A stretch of 64,000 nucleotides of DNA. Source: an uncultured Rubripirellula sp. (GTDB lineage: Bacteria > Planctomycetota > Planctomycetia > Pirellulales > Pirellulaceae). A program made the position numbers and the translations under genes. Below are positions 28,732 through 39,472 of the stretch, piece by piece. The stretch spans positions 96,001 to 160,000 of the forward strand of contig CALKGR010000001.1 of NCBI GenBank assembly GCA_938085445.1, in the 5' to 3' direction. The notes under the pieces are model-generated. The model was not told the origin of the DNA, made no database searches, and was given only the letters and a program-made list of their open reading frames with translations. How positions within the stretch are numbered: the stretch's first letter is position 1; each line of letters begins with the position of its first letter.

Positions 28732-31093
28732 TGCTGGTTCCTCCTGCCGTTACGCCGACAATATTTCCCGCTGCATGCTGATTTTTGGGGCTGCCATGTT
28801 GGATCGCTTTACGATTGACCCACGGTGCTGAAAGTTGAACAGCGATTGCGATTCCTCCCGCTGCCATGATCCCGATCGCTCCTGGGATCGGCATGAATTG
28901 ATGCACTGCCCAACCGACAAGGACAGCGACCGCCACTGACCATACACTGAGGCGTTTTCGACGCAGAGGATCAACGGGCTTCCACCAGCGCAACACTGCA
29001 AACAGCAACGCAAAATGTGTCACAAATGCTGATACAGTTGGGATTCCTTCTGGATAAAGGCTTGGTGAAAGGCTGGTTGAATCCAAATCCCTGACCAACG
29101 CTCCATCCAGCGGGATCATCAAAAACTCACCCGTCACAAAAGCAAGATAACCGACCGCGGCTCCCACACCAGCCAAGGCCAGTCGACGGGCCAGTGGCTC
29201 GCCGTCATCACACTCCCACAATTTCCCCAAACTCAAAATTGCAAAGGTAGCACCTAGCACAATGATCGCCAGCCATGCGTAGATCGCGATTGATTGGGCG
29301 GGTACGGGTTCATTGTAAAATCGAATTGCTCCTGCCGCCCCTGCCAAGCCGATGGCTGAAAGCGTTGCAGCAATCCACGATGTATTCAACTCAGCCAGTC
29401 GGTTCAATCGCGGCTTGGCACGGAGTTCATTGCGTACGCCGCTGGCCCAAGCGACAGGTGAAACGACTCTACGTTGCGGAGCGTATTGAACCGCCAGGCG
29501 TTGCGCCTCTGCGTATTTTGGTTGTCGCTTCGATTGCAAGACCATCTTCCAGATCACGTAATACGGGACATAAACACACGCGATCAAAGTCAACAACGGC
29601 ACCAACCAGCCGACATTCACAAAGAACAGGATACCAACGACCAACCCGAGGGCAGTCTTTTCATATGGTCCAGCCAAGGAACCATTGCCACTGAACCAGC
29701 GACTAAAATCGTGCCAACTTGTCTGCACAGCTCTCGCAACCGGCTCATCAAATAGAGCATCCTGATCTTTCTGTTGCCCATCTTTCGGCGTGTTCCCTGC
29801 ATCAACGGAGTGGGCAACCAAAATCGCGTCAATCGGCTCTGATTGCAGCGACGCAGCACCCAAGCCTGAATGACCATTCGTCGGCTCAGAACCTTGCTGC
29901 TCCCAGGATGCACCTCCAATATCTTCAAGTGAAGCCAGCATTTCTGCCACGGAAGCAAAACGTTTGCTCGGATCCTTCTCCAAACAGCGAGCAATCGTTG
30001 AACGGCAAGGATCCGCGATACCGCTCAGATCCGGCGTTGCGGTCAAATGCTTGACAATGATCTCGTGACAACTCTCGCCATCAAACGGAACTCGACCAGT
30101 CAATAATTCAAAAAGCAGAACCCCAAGGGCATAAATATCAATTTCGCGGCCGTACTGGCCCCGGCCAATTTCGGGTGCCATGTAATGAAAGGTCCCGACA
30201 CTCTCTGTATGACCACCACGATGAGACGTCGAAATGAATTTGCTTAGACCGTAATCCCCAACTTTAACCTGACCCAAGTCATCAAAGATATTGCCAGGTT
30301 TAAGATCCCGGTGCACGAGGCCTGCACAATGCAAATGGTGAACACCAGCCCCGATCCCCTGTATCCAGCGTTTGGCCTCTATTATCGACAAGCCATCCGG
30401 AGACTCGTCAAGAATTTGCCTTAGATTGAGCCCAGCCACATATTCCATAACAACCCATGACTCATCCTTGGAGTCACGACAAATGTCAAACAAGGCAACA
30501 AGATTAGGATGTTTCAAATTCAAACATTGCGAAACACCACGGAGTTCGATTTCAAGGTTGCGTTGAATTCGCTTCAGCGCAACCTCCTTCCCAGCATCAC
30601 TGAGAGCAAAGTAAACCTCCCCAAAGCCACCCATGCCTACACCACGACAAATCGTGTAGGGCGGCAGAGGTGTCGATCCGGGGGAATACGTAAATGTCAT
30701 CGATCGAGTCGTTGAATCACTAGCCTGTGTTTCCCCTAGCCAAACTTCATCGTGACCTGAGCGTTGAGAGGAATCAGCGTCACTCAAATTAAGACTTCTA
30801 TCACCAAAATCAGAAGCCGCATCAAATCCATCCTGGCCGAAATCCATCTCAGCGCTCGAACTTTGGTCGACCACCTGATTTGCCGATAAGGGCGGGTTCT
30901 TTGGACCCTCCTTCAGTTTAGCCAGTAGTGTATTCATTAATCGAGGTTTCCGAGGAGATTGATCCAGAGTGTTCTTCTCTGGGACGACATTTCCCACTCT
31001 GTTCAAGGCAATAGCTGAATCCGGCATGGGCGCAGAACTTTCACCCGACTTCGGCAGTTTTGGTGTATTTGTTTGTTTTGCGGCGTTCTTCAT
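28724..31093 (-). CDS. Ser/Thr kinase with multi-TM C-terminal domain
   Basis: GMGGFGEV, VALK, HRDLKPGN, DYGL, GTFHYMAPE, then many hydrophobic helices. ATG 31093 overlaps the upstream TGA. Confidence 0.92.
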   Translation of the reverse strand: MKNAAKQTNTPKLPKSGESSAPMPDSAIALNRVGNVVPEKNTLDQSPRKPRLMNTLLAKLKEGPKNPPLSANQVVDQSSSAEMDFGQDGFDAASDFGDRSLNLSDADSSQRSGHDEVWLGETQASDSTTRSMTFTYSPGSTPLPPYTICRGVGMGGFGEVYFALSDAGKEVALKRIQRNLEIELRGVSQCLNLKHPNLVALFDICRDSKDESWVVMEYVAGLNLRQILDESPDGLSIIEAKRWIQGIGAGVHHLHCAGLVHRDLKPGNIFDDLGQVKVGDYGLSKFISTSHRGGHTESVGTFHYMAPEIGRGQYGREIDIYALGVLLFELLTGRVPFDGESCHEIIVKHLTATPDLSGIADPCRSTIARCLEKDPSKRFASVAEMLASLEDIGGASWEQQGSEPTNGHSGLGAASLQSEPIDAILVAHSVDAGNTPKDGQQKDQDALFDEPVARAVQTSWHDFSRWFSGNGSLAGPYEKTALGLVVGILFFVNVGWLVPLLTLIACVYVPYYVIWKMVLQSKRQPKYAEAQRLAVQYAPQRRVVSPVAWASGVRNELRAKPRLNRLAELNTSWIAATLSAIGLAGAAGAIRFYNEPVPAQSIAIYAWLAIIVLGATFAILSLGKLWECDDGEPLARRLALAGVGAAVGYLAFVTGEFLMIPLDGALVRDLDSTSLSPSLYPEGIPTVSAFVTHFALLFAVLRWWKPVDPLRRKRLSVWSVAVAVLVGWAVHQFMPIPGAIGIMAAGGIAIAVQLSAPWVNRKAIQHGSPKNQHAAGNIVGVTAGGTSNV

Positions 31094-31668
31094 GCCTGCT
31101 CCAGCGTCATCGCGAGTGATTGAATCACAACTCGGCAACCCACTTCGAGCCTTTGAAAATCACCTAAAACACCAGCCTTGGCATACCACTGGTTCTCTTT
31201 CAATTGCAGGATGGCCCGATCACTGGCGTCACGACACCGCAGATGACAATCGGCACCTGAACCGACGAGAATCGTCTCACGCACTAACACCACACCATCC
31301 ACGTGTTGGTCAAAGCGATGAGGACCAGCCAGAGAGAGAACGGCTGTATCCGAAAGTTGGCTTGGTTTTCCCAATGTCATCAGAGCAGATCCCTGAACCG
31401 GAACTTGAGAACCATCAGTCAGCAAAATCTGTTGATCCTCTGCACTTTGTCCTTGCCAAAAATAATCGGCCCCTCGCCGCGAGATTTGACCTGCCAAACC
31501 AGGCCAGTCAGCCTGAACACAAATGTCTGCAGTGCTTAACGGCCTCACTCCCCCAACACTCCATTGCACTCCCGTTACCAGCAAATAACCACCACAACCA
31601 TCGACCCACAATCTCCAGCGTGATACTGGATTTTGATGATTTTTCGGTTGGGACTTGATTACCGACAC
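31090..31668 (-). CDS. Hypothetical beta-rich protein, FHA-like
   Basis: Two segments resembling FHA strands (WSVGG....ADI, ILVGSGADCHL); WVDGxGGYL motif. Family call is tentative. Confidence 0.55.
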   Translation of the reverse strand: MSVIKSQPKNHQNPVSRWRLWVDGCGGYLLVTGVQWSVGGVRPLSTADICVQADWPGLAGQISRRGADYFWQGQSAEDQQILLTDGSQVPVQGSALMTLGKPSQLSDTAVLSLAGPHRFDQHVDGVVLVRETILVGSGADCHLRCRDASDRAILQLKENQWYAKAGVLGDFQRLEVGCRVVIQSLAMTLEQA

Positions 31669-31728
31669 GGATCAGCCTGCTGTGTCAGGAAGGAAAAAAT
31701 GAGCGAAGATGAGTGCAACAAATTCACA

Positions 31729-32538
31729 TCAGTCGATCTGAATGGCAACGAGAGATTCAGATTGCGTACCTTGTGATCCCTCGAAGTACGAAGAAATCTC
31801 ATTGAGCAGATTTTCATCGTTCGGCTCATCTAGGTCAATTTCACTGAAATACTCAGCGTCGATACTCATTGTCTCCTCCTCAACATCAATCCTGGTGGCA
31901 ATATCGTCTAATAACTCACGAGTGCGGGCCAACTGACTATCATCCAAATTGAGTTGGCTGCTTGTTTGTGCAACGCGCAACGCTCCCACGCGAGCTTGCA
32001 GGTTTTCGACTTCCACTTCCAACTGACTCTTCGCACCGAGCATAGCTTCCATCCGCTCCTGTGCAGCCTGCAACGAAGCTTCACGAGCTGACAGCATCTG
32101 CCCCAGCTTTTCTGCTGTTGCCCGACGTGTCTTGAAACGCTTGAAACGATTCCCAAGATCACTTTGAACTTGTGCAGATGTGTAGGTGCGGCCCCCATAA
32201 CTGTAGTACTCATTTTCGCTCCGCAAGTCCTCGCTCAAACGCTCAATATCACTTTGTGTCTTTGCGAGTCGCTCGTTAGTCTGATCCAGCTGTTTTTCCA
32301 ACTTGGCAAAGTCAACTTTCTCACGAGCAATGCGTTTGGCATTCACTTCAATCTCTGGCTTCAGATCGGCAATCATCTGACGAGCTCGTTTCAGTTCCCA
32401 CTCCAAGGGCATCGCATCACCCGCGGATTCCTGCAACCAACTAACCCCACATCGCGCGTAACTAAAAAGTGGCACGCCGAACATCAAACTCGAAAGGAGG
32501 GCGATTCCGCCCCCCGCCATCATCATTTTTTTAATCAT
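31729..32538 (-). CDS. Coiled-coil protein with N-terminal hydrophobic segment, PspA/IM30-like
   Basis: GAGGA SD before ATG 32538, long heptad-rich helices, acidic C-terminus. The CDS is solid; the family call is tentative. Confidence 0.6.
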   Translation of the reverse strand: MIKKMMMAGGGIALLSSLMFGVPLFSYARCGVSWLQESAGDAMPLEWELKRARQMIADLKPEIEVNAKRIAREKVDFAKLEKQLDQTNERLAKTQSDIERLSEDLRSENEYYSYGGRTYTSAQVQSDLGNRFKRFKTRRATAEKLGQMLSAREASLQAAQERMEAMLGAKSQLEVEVENLQARVGALRVAQTSSQLNLDDSQLARTRELLDDIATRIDVEEETMSIDAEYFSEIDLDEPNDENLLNEISSYFEGSQGTQSESLVAIQID

Positions 32539-33077
32539 TTTACGGTTCCTCGAATGGGTGGCTGTTAGAAATCCATGACCAATACCAGTCGTATCAGTCA
32601 CCGTTCCGAGCCGTCATTCGCTCCCGCTCTCGCAATCTTGGAGGTATTTCATCCAAAAAATCCTCAAATAGTGATTTCTTGACGCAAACCCGGCAATCTG
32701 TAAACAAAACCAAACACCCGAGCCTGATCCCAAGCCCACTGGGGAACCCCATCTTCCCTTCTTGAATCCTAAGGGATTTTAATTACACTTAAAGGAGTTT
32801 GAAGCCGATATTCACGAGACACAGAGGGATATCCTGGAAACGACAAGCGTGCTGCAGAAACGCGAGCCTCGAATCGTTTTCGCGACGCAGAACGGCCCTA
32901 AACTGTTTGCTGACAGACACTTATTAAGAAACCCAAAAACAATTGCTAACTGGGATGCGACTTGCAGTGAACCTTACCGGATGAAGGAACTCTTTTACCT
33001 AAGAAGCCTCGAATGCAGTTCAGTCGCCAAAAATACTGAATGCGAATCGCTCTAACAGAAGAACGGAGATCACTCCG

Positions 33078-33296
33078 ATGCCCCATTCAAGCACCAGTCA
33101 ATCATCTACGAAAGCGACGACCGCTCCAGTCAAAGCGATGGGCGAGCATTGGTTCGATCTGACCGCGACGCTGAGTCGCGACTCTCGTGTCGAGTTTGGT
33201 GATTGGCTAAGCGGCGAGTTGGCACTGCTTGAGCTCAAACTTTTCCGTTTCTCTGCTTCACGTTCTGACCAGCAGATCAAATCCAAACGGCAGTGA
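33078..33296 (+). CDS. Small hypothetical protein (72 aa)
   Basis: ATG preceded by ACGGAG; amphipathic helical core EFGDWLSGELALLELKL; fills an intergenic gap. Confidence 0.5.
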   Translation: MPHSSTSQSSTKATTAPVKAMGEHWFDLTATLSRDSRVEFGDWLSGELALLELKLFRFSASRSDQQIKSKRQ

Positions 33297-33486
33297 GTTG
33301 GACAGGAATCCACCGCATAGAGTCCAACCCAATGCTCATCGAGCGGCAACGCTCCATCGGCAGTCTCATCGATATCAAGCATGCATCGAGTGAAGTGTTA
33401 ACCTTTCTCAGCCTAGAAAGTTCCACTCGCAAGTGATTCGGGATAGAATTCTGGCACATTCAGGACCTTTCTCCGAGACCTTGTTG

Positions 33487-35649
33487 ATGAATCACCTTCG
33501 CTTTTTCGCGTATCCGACAGCACTGATCTGCCTACAACTTTTTTCGTCCGGAACTGGATTCGGTCAGGAGAAAATCGAAGCCGCATCGATCAATGGATTT
33601 GAGACTGACAAACGGATCAAGGCTGACTGGACAAACCCCGACTTCTGGCAGGCTGCTGACAAGAATGCAGCAATTGACAGCTGGGAATTCATGAATGGCG
33701 AGATCCGATTAGTTCGACCACAAGGCGGCAAAGGCAGCCTTGTGAGCCATCCGTTGCCACCCAACTTTCAACTCTCTTTCGACTGGAAAATCCAAGCCAA
33801 TACCAACACTGGATTGAAGTATCGTGTCCGAAAATACGGTTCAAAGTATTACGGTGTGGAATATCAGATCATTGACGATAGTCCATCCGCATCGACCAAA
33901 GGATCGACAGCTGCGATCTATGACTTGTCAGGTCCCATGGTATTGAAGAAACTCAAGCCAACTGGCGAATGGAACACTGCGAAAATCGTCGCAGATGGAC
34001 CGATCTTGCAACACTATCTCAATGGTGATTTAGTATCTGAAATTACCACCAGCGGTCCTGCTTGGGACTCCAATCTTGCAGTCAGCAAATTTTGGGAACT
34101 AGAGAATTTTGGTCAGCCAATGGCCGGCGATCGAATCATGCTTACCGACCACGGTGGTAAAGCTGCCTACCGCAATTTCCACTTCGCGGAAATCCAAACA
34201 CCTAGCAGCCCATTAGCAGATCAATCGACAGGACCATTCTTGGCCAATGGAATGAGAAACAGTTGGGCGGACCAAAGTTCAATCGTACTTTGGACAAGAA
34301 CAACACGGCACAGGCAGATGAACATGGATGGACAACGATTCCGCACGTTATCATCAAAAGACGCTTCAAAGCTTTCCAAGAACACAGATGCTGAGCAGAT
34401 TCTTGCTGCTCAACTACCGCAGAATGCCATTTTGGATGACATGTTTGGTGCGTGCCCAGGCCAACAAGGCGAAGTACGTTTAATCTATTTTCCAAAACTT
34501 CAACGTCGAGCACTCAAGAGCACGCCGTGGAAGCAAACCGTTGCCTCAAATGACTTCACCACCCAATGGCAATTGGATGATCTGAAGCCGGGCACACGCT
34601 ATGCGGCCATCGTGGAGGCTCGTGCTTCTGATGGGCACCCCCCCACCGCAGTCATTCGTGGAGGTTTTGAAACCGCGCCCGCAGTTGATGCGAAAAGAAA
34701 CATCAAATTTTGCATGACCACTTGCCATGATTTTCTTCGTCGTGACGATGGACTCCAAGGACACAAAATCTATCCCGCGATGGCGAAAATCGATCCTGAC
34801 TTTGTCGTACATGCCGGGGACATTGAATACTACGACAAGCCAGATCCCTGGGCGATGACAATGGAATTGATGCGTTTCAAATGGGGCAGAATCTTTGCTC
34901 TGCCCAGCAATCGTCAGTTTTATCAAGACACGACCAGCTACTTTCTAAAAGACGACCATGACACATTGAAGAATGACTGCTCTCCCGGGCAAAAATACGG
35001 CTCGGTAAGCTTTGAACAGGGAGTGAAATTATTCAATCACGAACAATTCCCAACCCATGATCCGCGCTACCAAACGGTGCGATGGGGAAAAGACCTTCAA
35101 GTCTGGTTCCTCGAAGGTCGTGATTTCCGAAGCCCTAATCAAGTACCTGATGGACCCGAAAAAACAATTCTTGGTAAAGAGCAGAAAAAATGGCTGTTCG
35201 AGACGCTTGATGCTTCAGAAGCAAAATTCAAACTCGTGTTCAGCCCGACGCCGATCGTTGGCCCCGATCGAAAAAACAAAAAAGACAATCATGCAAACGA
35301 AATCTTTACCCACGAGGGAATCGAACTTCGAAACAGACTCGCGCAGTATGAAGATCTAATCGTGCTTTGCGGTGATCGTCATTGGCAGTATGCATCCCAT
35401 GACAAACAGTCTGATCTCTGGGAGTTTGGATGTGGTCCCGGAAGCGAAAAGCATCAACTTGGATGGAACCCCCAAGACAAGCGGCCTATCCATCAGTTCC
35501 TTCGTGTCGCGGGTGGATTTTTATCCGGAGAAATCAAATACAACAAAAAGCGATCTCAACTCACGCTGCAGCATCGTAAAGTCAACGGCGAGGTTGTAAG
35601 CGAGTTTCAATTTCCAAGAGGACAAACCGACCCCACGCCCAAAAATTGA
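33487..35649 (+). CDS. DUF1080 (3-keto-disaccharide hydrolase-like) + PhoD-like phosphatase fusion, exported
   Basis: N-terminal NTGLKYR, EYQIIDD, GEWN, LTDHG..AYRN; C-terminal HAGDIEYYD, DDHD, CGDRH. Confidence 0.82.
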   Translation: MNHLRFFAYPTALICLQLFSSGTGFGQEKIEAASINGFETDKRIKADWTNPDFWQAADKNAAIDSWEFMNGEIRLVRPQGGKGSLVSHPLPPNFQLSFDWKIQANTNTGLKYRVRKYGSKYYGVEYQIIDDSPSASTKGSTAAIYDLSGPMVLKKLKPTGEWNTAKIVADGPILQHYLNGDLVSEITTSGPAWDSNLAVSKFWELENFGQPMAGDRIMLTDHGGKAAYRNFHFAEIQTPSSPLADQSTGPFLANGMRNSWADQSSIVLWTRTTRHRQMNMDGQRFRTLSSKDASKLSKNTDAEQILAAQLPQNAILDDMFGACPGQQGEVRLIYFPKLQRRALKSTPWKQTVASNDFTTQWQLDDLKPGTRYAAIVEARASDGHPPTAVIRGGFETAPAVDAKRNIKFCMTTCHDFLRRDDGLQGHKIYPAMAKIDPDFVVHAGDIEYYDKPDPWAMTMELMRFKWGRIFALPSNRQFYQDTTSYFLKDDHDTLKNDCSPGQKYGSVSFEQGVKLFNHEQFPTHDPRYQTVRWGKDLQVWFLEGRDFRSPNQVPDGPEKTILGKEQKKWLFETLDASEAKFKLVFSPTPIVGPDRKNKKDNHANEIFTHEGIELRNRLAQYEDLIVLCGDRHWQYASHDKQSDLWEFGCGPGSEKHQLGWNPQDKRPIHQFLRVAGGFLSGEIKYNKKRSQLTLQHRKVNGEVVSEFQFPRGQTDPTPKN

Positions 35650-35692
35650 CACAGCTCTACGAACGAACGCCAGGCCAACGCGAGTCACCACT

Positions 35693-37054
35693 TCATTTTG
35701 CCTGTTGCTGAATCATAAGCATCAAGTCAGCAGATGGCTGATTCAGCGTCATCACTTGGGTCGGACCAGCAGGATTCGCGCGATCTCGCACAATCACGAT
35801 CACTTCACGCTCATTTCTAGACGGACTACCGAGATTAAGTATTTCACTGGGTGAGACGCGAGCTGTCCCACTCAATGCGTTGACTCCATCTGCTTCGATA
35901 TTGGTACTCGCACCACCGCCTGAATTTTCTCGCTGCAATGCAGCGAGCCGCATCTGAGGAGGCTGGGCACGCTTGTAAATCGTCGAAAGACCTGTTTTGT
36001 CAAGTTGCCATCGCACAGAACCCGGGCCAGCATAAATCCCAACATCACCTTCGTAATCAGCGGCGTTACACACACCAATCAACCTCCCTGCCTCATCAAA
36101 CAGGCCACCACCGCTTCGACCATCAATCGGTGCACCAGCTATTTCCAGATTGGAAACTCCCAGGTGTTGATCGTACTTATCAACACCGGTAATCCTCGTG
36201 TCACGACGGGAAGGGTCAGCGCCTCGATCACAACCAAAACTGAACGCAGTTTGGCCGACACGTACTCGTTCCTGCGAATGAATCATCTGGACCGGCTGCA
36301 TCTGAAAACCAGGACGGATTGCAACAAGTGCAACATCGTGTGTATCAGCATCGTAGTCAAGCAATTCACCAGCTATTGTCTTAGTCTGCCCGCCAACATA
36401 AAGATCTACTTCAATCTTTTCTTGCCCTCTGTTTTCTCGAAACAGATGCCCGCATGTTAAGACCAATGCCTGATCACCGTTGGTATCAATAACCGTACCA
36501 GTACCAGCACCATACCCATGCCCATCGTGGACACGGAGACGAACTGTTGCCGCACGCGCTATTTCGATCGCTTGAGCAAGTGATACCGTCGGCATTGCTT
36601 CGCTGACAGCAGAGGCTGGACTGACACTTGCTGACATACCGCCAGCAAGTGGTGCAAGCCGGGTCGCCGGTGCCGCAATATTTTTAAAAGAAGGATCTGT
36701 TGCTCGGGTGGGTATCCGAGGTCCGGATGGATTGCTCGCTAGCGCAGCCTGCAAAGCAACCAGTGATTGCTGCCCAATCAACCTTGCCACTTCCTGACCA
36801 CCTGACAAGACGACATAAGTCGGTGTCTTACGGATGCCGTAGCGAGCAGCCAAATGTGGTTCCGTGATCACGTCAACGTGCCGAATTGCCACACCATTGC
36901 TAGCAAGCTGCGTAAGCGTTGGCTTCATCGCCTTACAGGGAGAGCAATGGGCAGATGAGAAGTCGAGCAGAATCGCATCGCCTGCAGAGGCGGCCTGAGG
37001 TGAAGCCAAAAATCCTAATGAGCCGGCAACCAACAGTGCGAAAAACAATCTCAT
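35693..37054 (-). CDS. Exported thioredoxin-domain + trypsin-like serine protease
   Basis: Signal peptide, CSPC and TPTYVV thioredoxin motifs; triad LTCGH / DVALV / GRSGGG. Confidence 0.85.
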   Translation of the reverse strand: MRLFFALLVAGSLGFLASPQAASAGDAILLDFSSAHCSPCKAMKPTLTQLASNGVAIRHVDVITEPHLAARYGIRKTPTYVVLSGGQEVARLIGQQSLVALQAALASNPSGPRIPTRATDPSFKNIAAPATRLAPLAGGMSASVSPASAVSEAMPTVSLAQAIEIARAATVRLRVHDGHGYGAGTGTVIDTNGDQALVLTCGHLFRENRGQEKIEVDLYVGGQTKTIAGELLDYDADTHDVALVAIRPGFQMQPVQMIHSQERVRVGQTAFSFGCDRGADPSRRDTRITGVDKYDQHLGVSNLEIAGAPIDGRSGGGLFDEAGRLIGVCNAADYEGDVGIYAGPGSVRWQLDKTGLSTIYKRAQPPQMRLAALQRENSGGGASTNIEADGVNALSGTARVSPSEILNLGSPSRNEREVIVIVRDRANPAGPTQVMTLNQPSADLMLMIQQQAK

Positions 37055-37399
37055 CGCGTTCGCCCCTCCGTGGACAACATGTGCATGAACTATGCTTTTG
37101 GCTGAGGCATCCTGCCATCAGAAAAGCACCGCTGGTTCGAGCATAACTCGCGCCCGACCATGCTGCGGATAGTCGGTGACAACCCCATTCTGAGGCAAGA
37201 TCAAACGTCGATGTGGCTTTAAAACTTGAGACTTTTTTTGAATTAGAGTGCGGATTTCAGCATTTTTCTAATTCAGGCGTGCACGATGGCCCGGAAGAAG
37301 TGAAGCTTTCGAGATCTCAACCGTCACCGTGCCGTCGTATGAAATGTCTCAGATGAGTACAATTCCGTACTCGATCCTGTCTCCCAATTGCTTTCATTC

Positions 37400-39439
37400 A
37401 TGACACGAAAAATACTTGTCACTAGTGCTCTTCCTTACGCGAATGGCCCGATTCACATCGGACATCTGGTGGAATACATCCAGACCGACGTTTGGGTCCG
37501 TTTTCAGAAAATGCGCGGCAACCGCTGCATCTATATTTGTGCCGACGATACCCACGGCACGGCGATCATGATCCGCGCCCGGAAGGAGGGACGCAGTGAA
37601 GAAGCCCTGATTGATGACATGAGCAAAGCTCATCAACGTGACTTCGCTGGTTTTGGCATTCAATTTGATCATTACGGCAGCACCAACAGCAATGCAAACC
37701 GAGAAATCTGTGCTGAATTCTGGCAATCACTCCGGGAAGCAGACCTGATTACCGAACGATCAATCGAACAGCTCTTTGACCCCGAAGCTGAAACATTTCT
37801 CGCAGACCGTTTTGTACGTGGGACTTGCCCAAGCTGTGGTCGCACTGATCAGGCTGGTGATAATTGTACGTGTGGCGCGACCTACAACCCAACTGATTTG
37901 ATTGATCCCAAGAGCACTCTTAGTGGTGCTACTCCGGTACTTCGTGAATCCAACCATTTGTTTGTCCAATTGGAAAAAATCCATGCTTTTTTGAATGATT
38001 GGGTTGAAACGAGTGGCGCTCTACAAAGTGAAGTTGCAAACTATTTGAAAGGGCACTTTCTCGCAGAAGAATTGCGAGACTGGGACATCAGCAGGCCAGC
38101 ACCGTACTTTGGGTTTGAGATACCAGACTCCCCGGGTAACTACTGGTATGTCTGGTTCGATGCACCGATTGGCTACATCGCCAGCACCCAGGAATGGTGC
38201 GAAAACAATGGCGAACAGTTGGCAGACTGGTGGCGAGATCCAGATTGCGAAATTCACCACTTCATCGGTAAGGACATCACGTACTTTCATACGCTGTTCT
38301 GGCCCGGCATGCTGAATACAGCCAAGTACAACATGCCTACAAAGGTACACATTCACGGCTTCCTCAACGTCGACGGTAAGAAGATGTCGAAACGTGATGG
38401 AACACTTGTCGCTGCAGAGACCTATTTAAAATATGCAAATCCTTCATGTCTGAGATATTTTTACGCAACCAAGTTGACCTCACGCGTAGAAGACCTGGAT
38501 TTGGGAGTCGAGGAATTCACCGAGAAAGTGAATAGCGATTTGGTGGGCAAAGTCGTCAACTTGGCGAGTCGCGTTGGTAAGTTCGCCAACAAAACCGGGC
38601 TCTCCGCAACGTATCCCGATGACAGTGGTCTATTCGCAGCCGCGGCAGCAGCAGGTGACGAGATTGCGGGAGCTTACGAAGCTGGTGAATACGCAAAAGC
38701 AATGCGGAAAATCATGGAACTGGCTGATGCGGCAAATCCGTATGTCGAGCATGCCAAGCCATGGGAAATGAAGAAGGATGAACAAAGAACTGACGAACTA
38801 CGAGATACATGCACCGTAGCTCTAAATCTATTTCGCCAGCTTGCAATCTACCTTGCACCTGTCTTGCCTGAGTTGGCAGTGAAGTGCGGCGATTTATTGG
38901 GTGAAGAGATTACTTCATGGGATCAAAGCAAGAAACCTTTGGTCGGAAGCCCCGTATCGAAATTCAAACGTATGATGGATCGAGTACAACCTGAGGATTT
39001 GACAAAAATGATTGAAGAAAGCAAAGAACTGGCAGCTGAAGATAGTGCAGCAGATAACCAGCCAACCTTTCATGACAGTGACCAGCCGCTTAAAGATGAA
39101 CCACTCTCTGACGAGATCACCATTGATGACTTCGCAAAAGTGGACCTCAGGGTTGCCCGCGTGATCAGTGCCGAGCACGTCCCCGAAGCGAATAAGTTGC
39201 TGAAATTGACACTTAGCCTTGGTGGCGAAGAACGCCGGCAGGTATTCGCAGGGATCAAGGCCGCCTACGAACCAGAGAATCTCGTTGGGCGACTGGTTGT
39301 CATGGTTGCTAACCTGAAGCCAAGAAAGATGCGATTTGGGCTCAGCGAAGGAATGGTAACTGCTTCTGGACCGGGTGGTGCTGACGTATTTATCCTAGGT
39401 GTCGATGATGGCGCGCAGCCTGGACAACGTGTCCACTGA
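37400..39439 (+). CDS. metG: Methionine--tRNA ligase with C-terminal tRNA-binding domain
   Basis: [47 protein letters not shown]. Confidence 0.98.
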   Translation: MTRKILVTSALPYANGPIHIGHLVEYIQTDVWVRFQKMRGNRCIYICADDTHGTAIMIRARKEGRSEEALIDDMSKAHQRDFAGFGIQFDHYGSTNSNANREICAEFWQSLREADLITERSIEQLFDPEAETFLADRFVRGTCPSCGRTDQAGDNCTCGATYNPTDLIDPKSTLSGATPVLRESNHLFVQLEKIHAFLNDWVETSGALQSEVANYLKGHFLAEELRDWDISRPAPYFGFEIPDSPGNYWYVWFDAPIGYIASTQEWCENNGEQLADWWRDPDCEIHHFIGKDITYFHTLFWPGMLNTAKYNMPTKVHIHGFLNVDGKKMSKRDGTLVAAETYLKYANPSCLRYFYATKLTSRVEDLDLGVEEFTEKVNSDLVGKVVNLASRVGKFANKTGLSATYPDDSGLFAAAAAAGDEIAGAYEAGEYAKAMRKIMELADAANPYVEHAKPWEMKKDEQRTDELRDTCTVALNLFRQLAIYLAPVLPELAVKCGDLLGEEITSWDQSKKPLVGSPVSKFKRMMDRVQPEDLTKMIEESKELAAEDSAADNQPTFHDSDQPLKDEPLSDEITIDDFAKVDLRVARVISAEHVPEANKLLKLTLSLGGEERRQVFAGIKAAYEPENLVGRLVVMVANLKPRKMRFGLSEGMVTASGPGGADVFILGVDDGAQPGQRVH

Positions 39440-39472
39440 GGCCAGCCCTGAATTTGAGGTGATCCCTATCCC

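Noticed and set aside
32670..32720. c-di-GMP-I riboswitch suggested by GACGCAAA
   Set aside because: The upstream GGCAAAC/GAAA stem and the pairing are absent.
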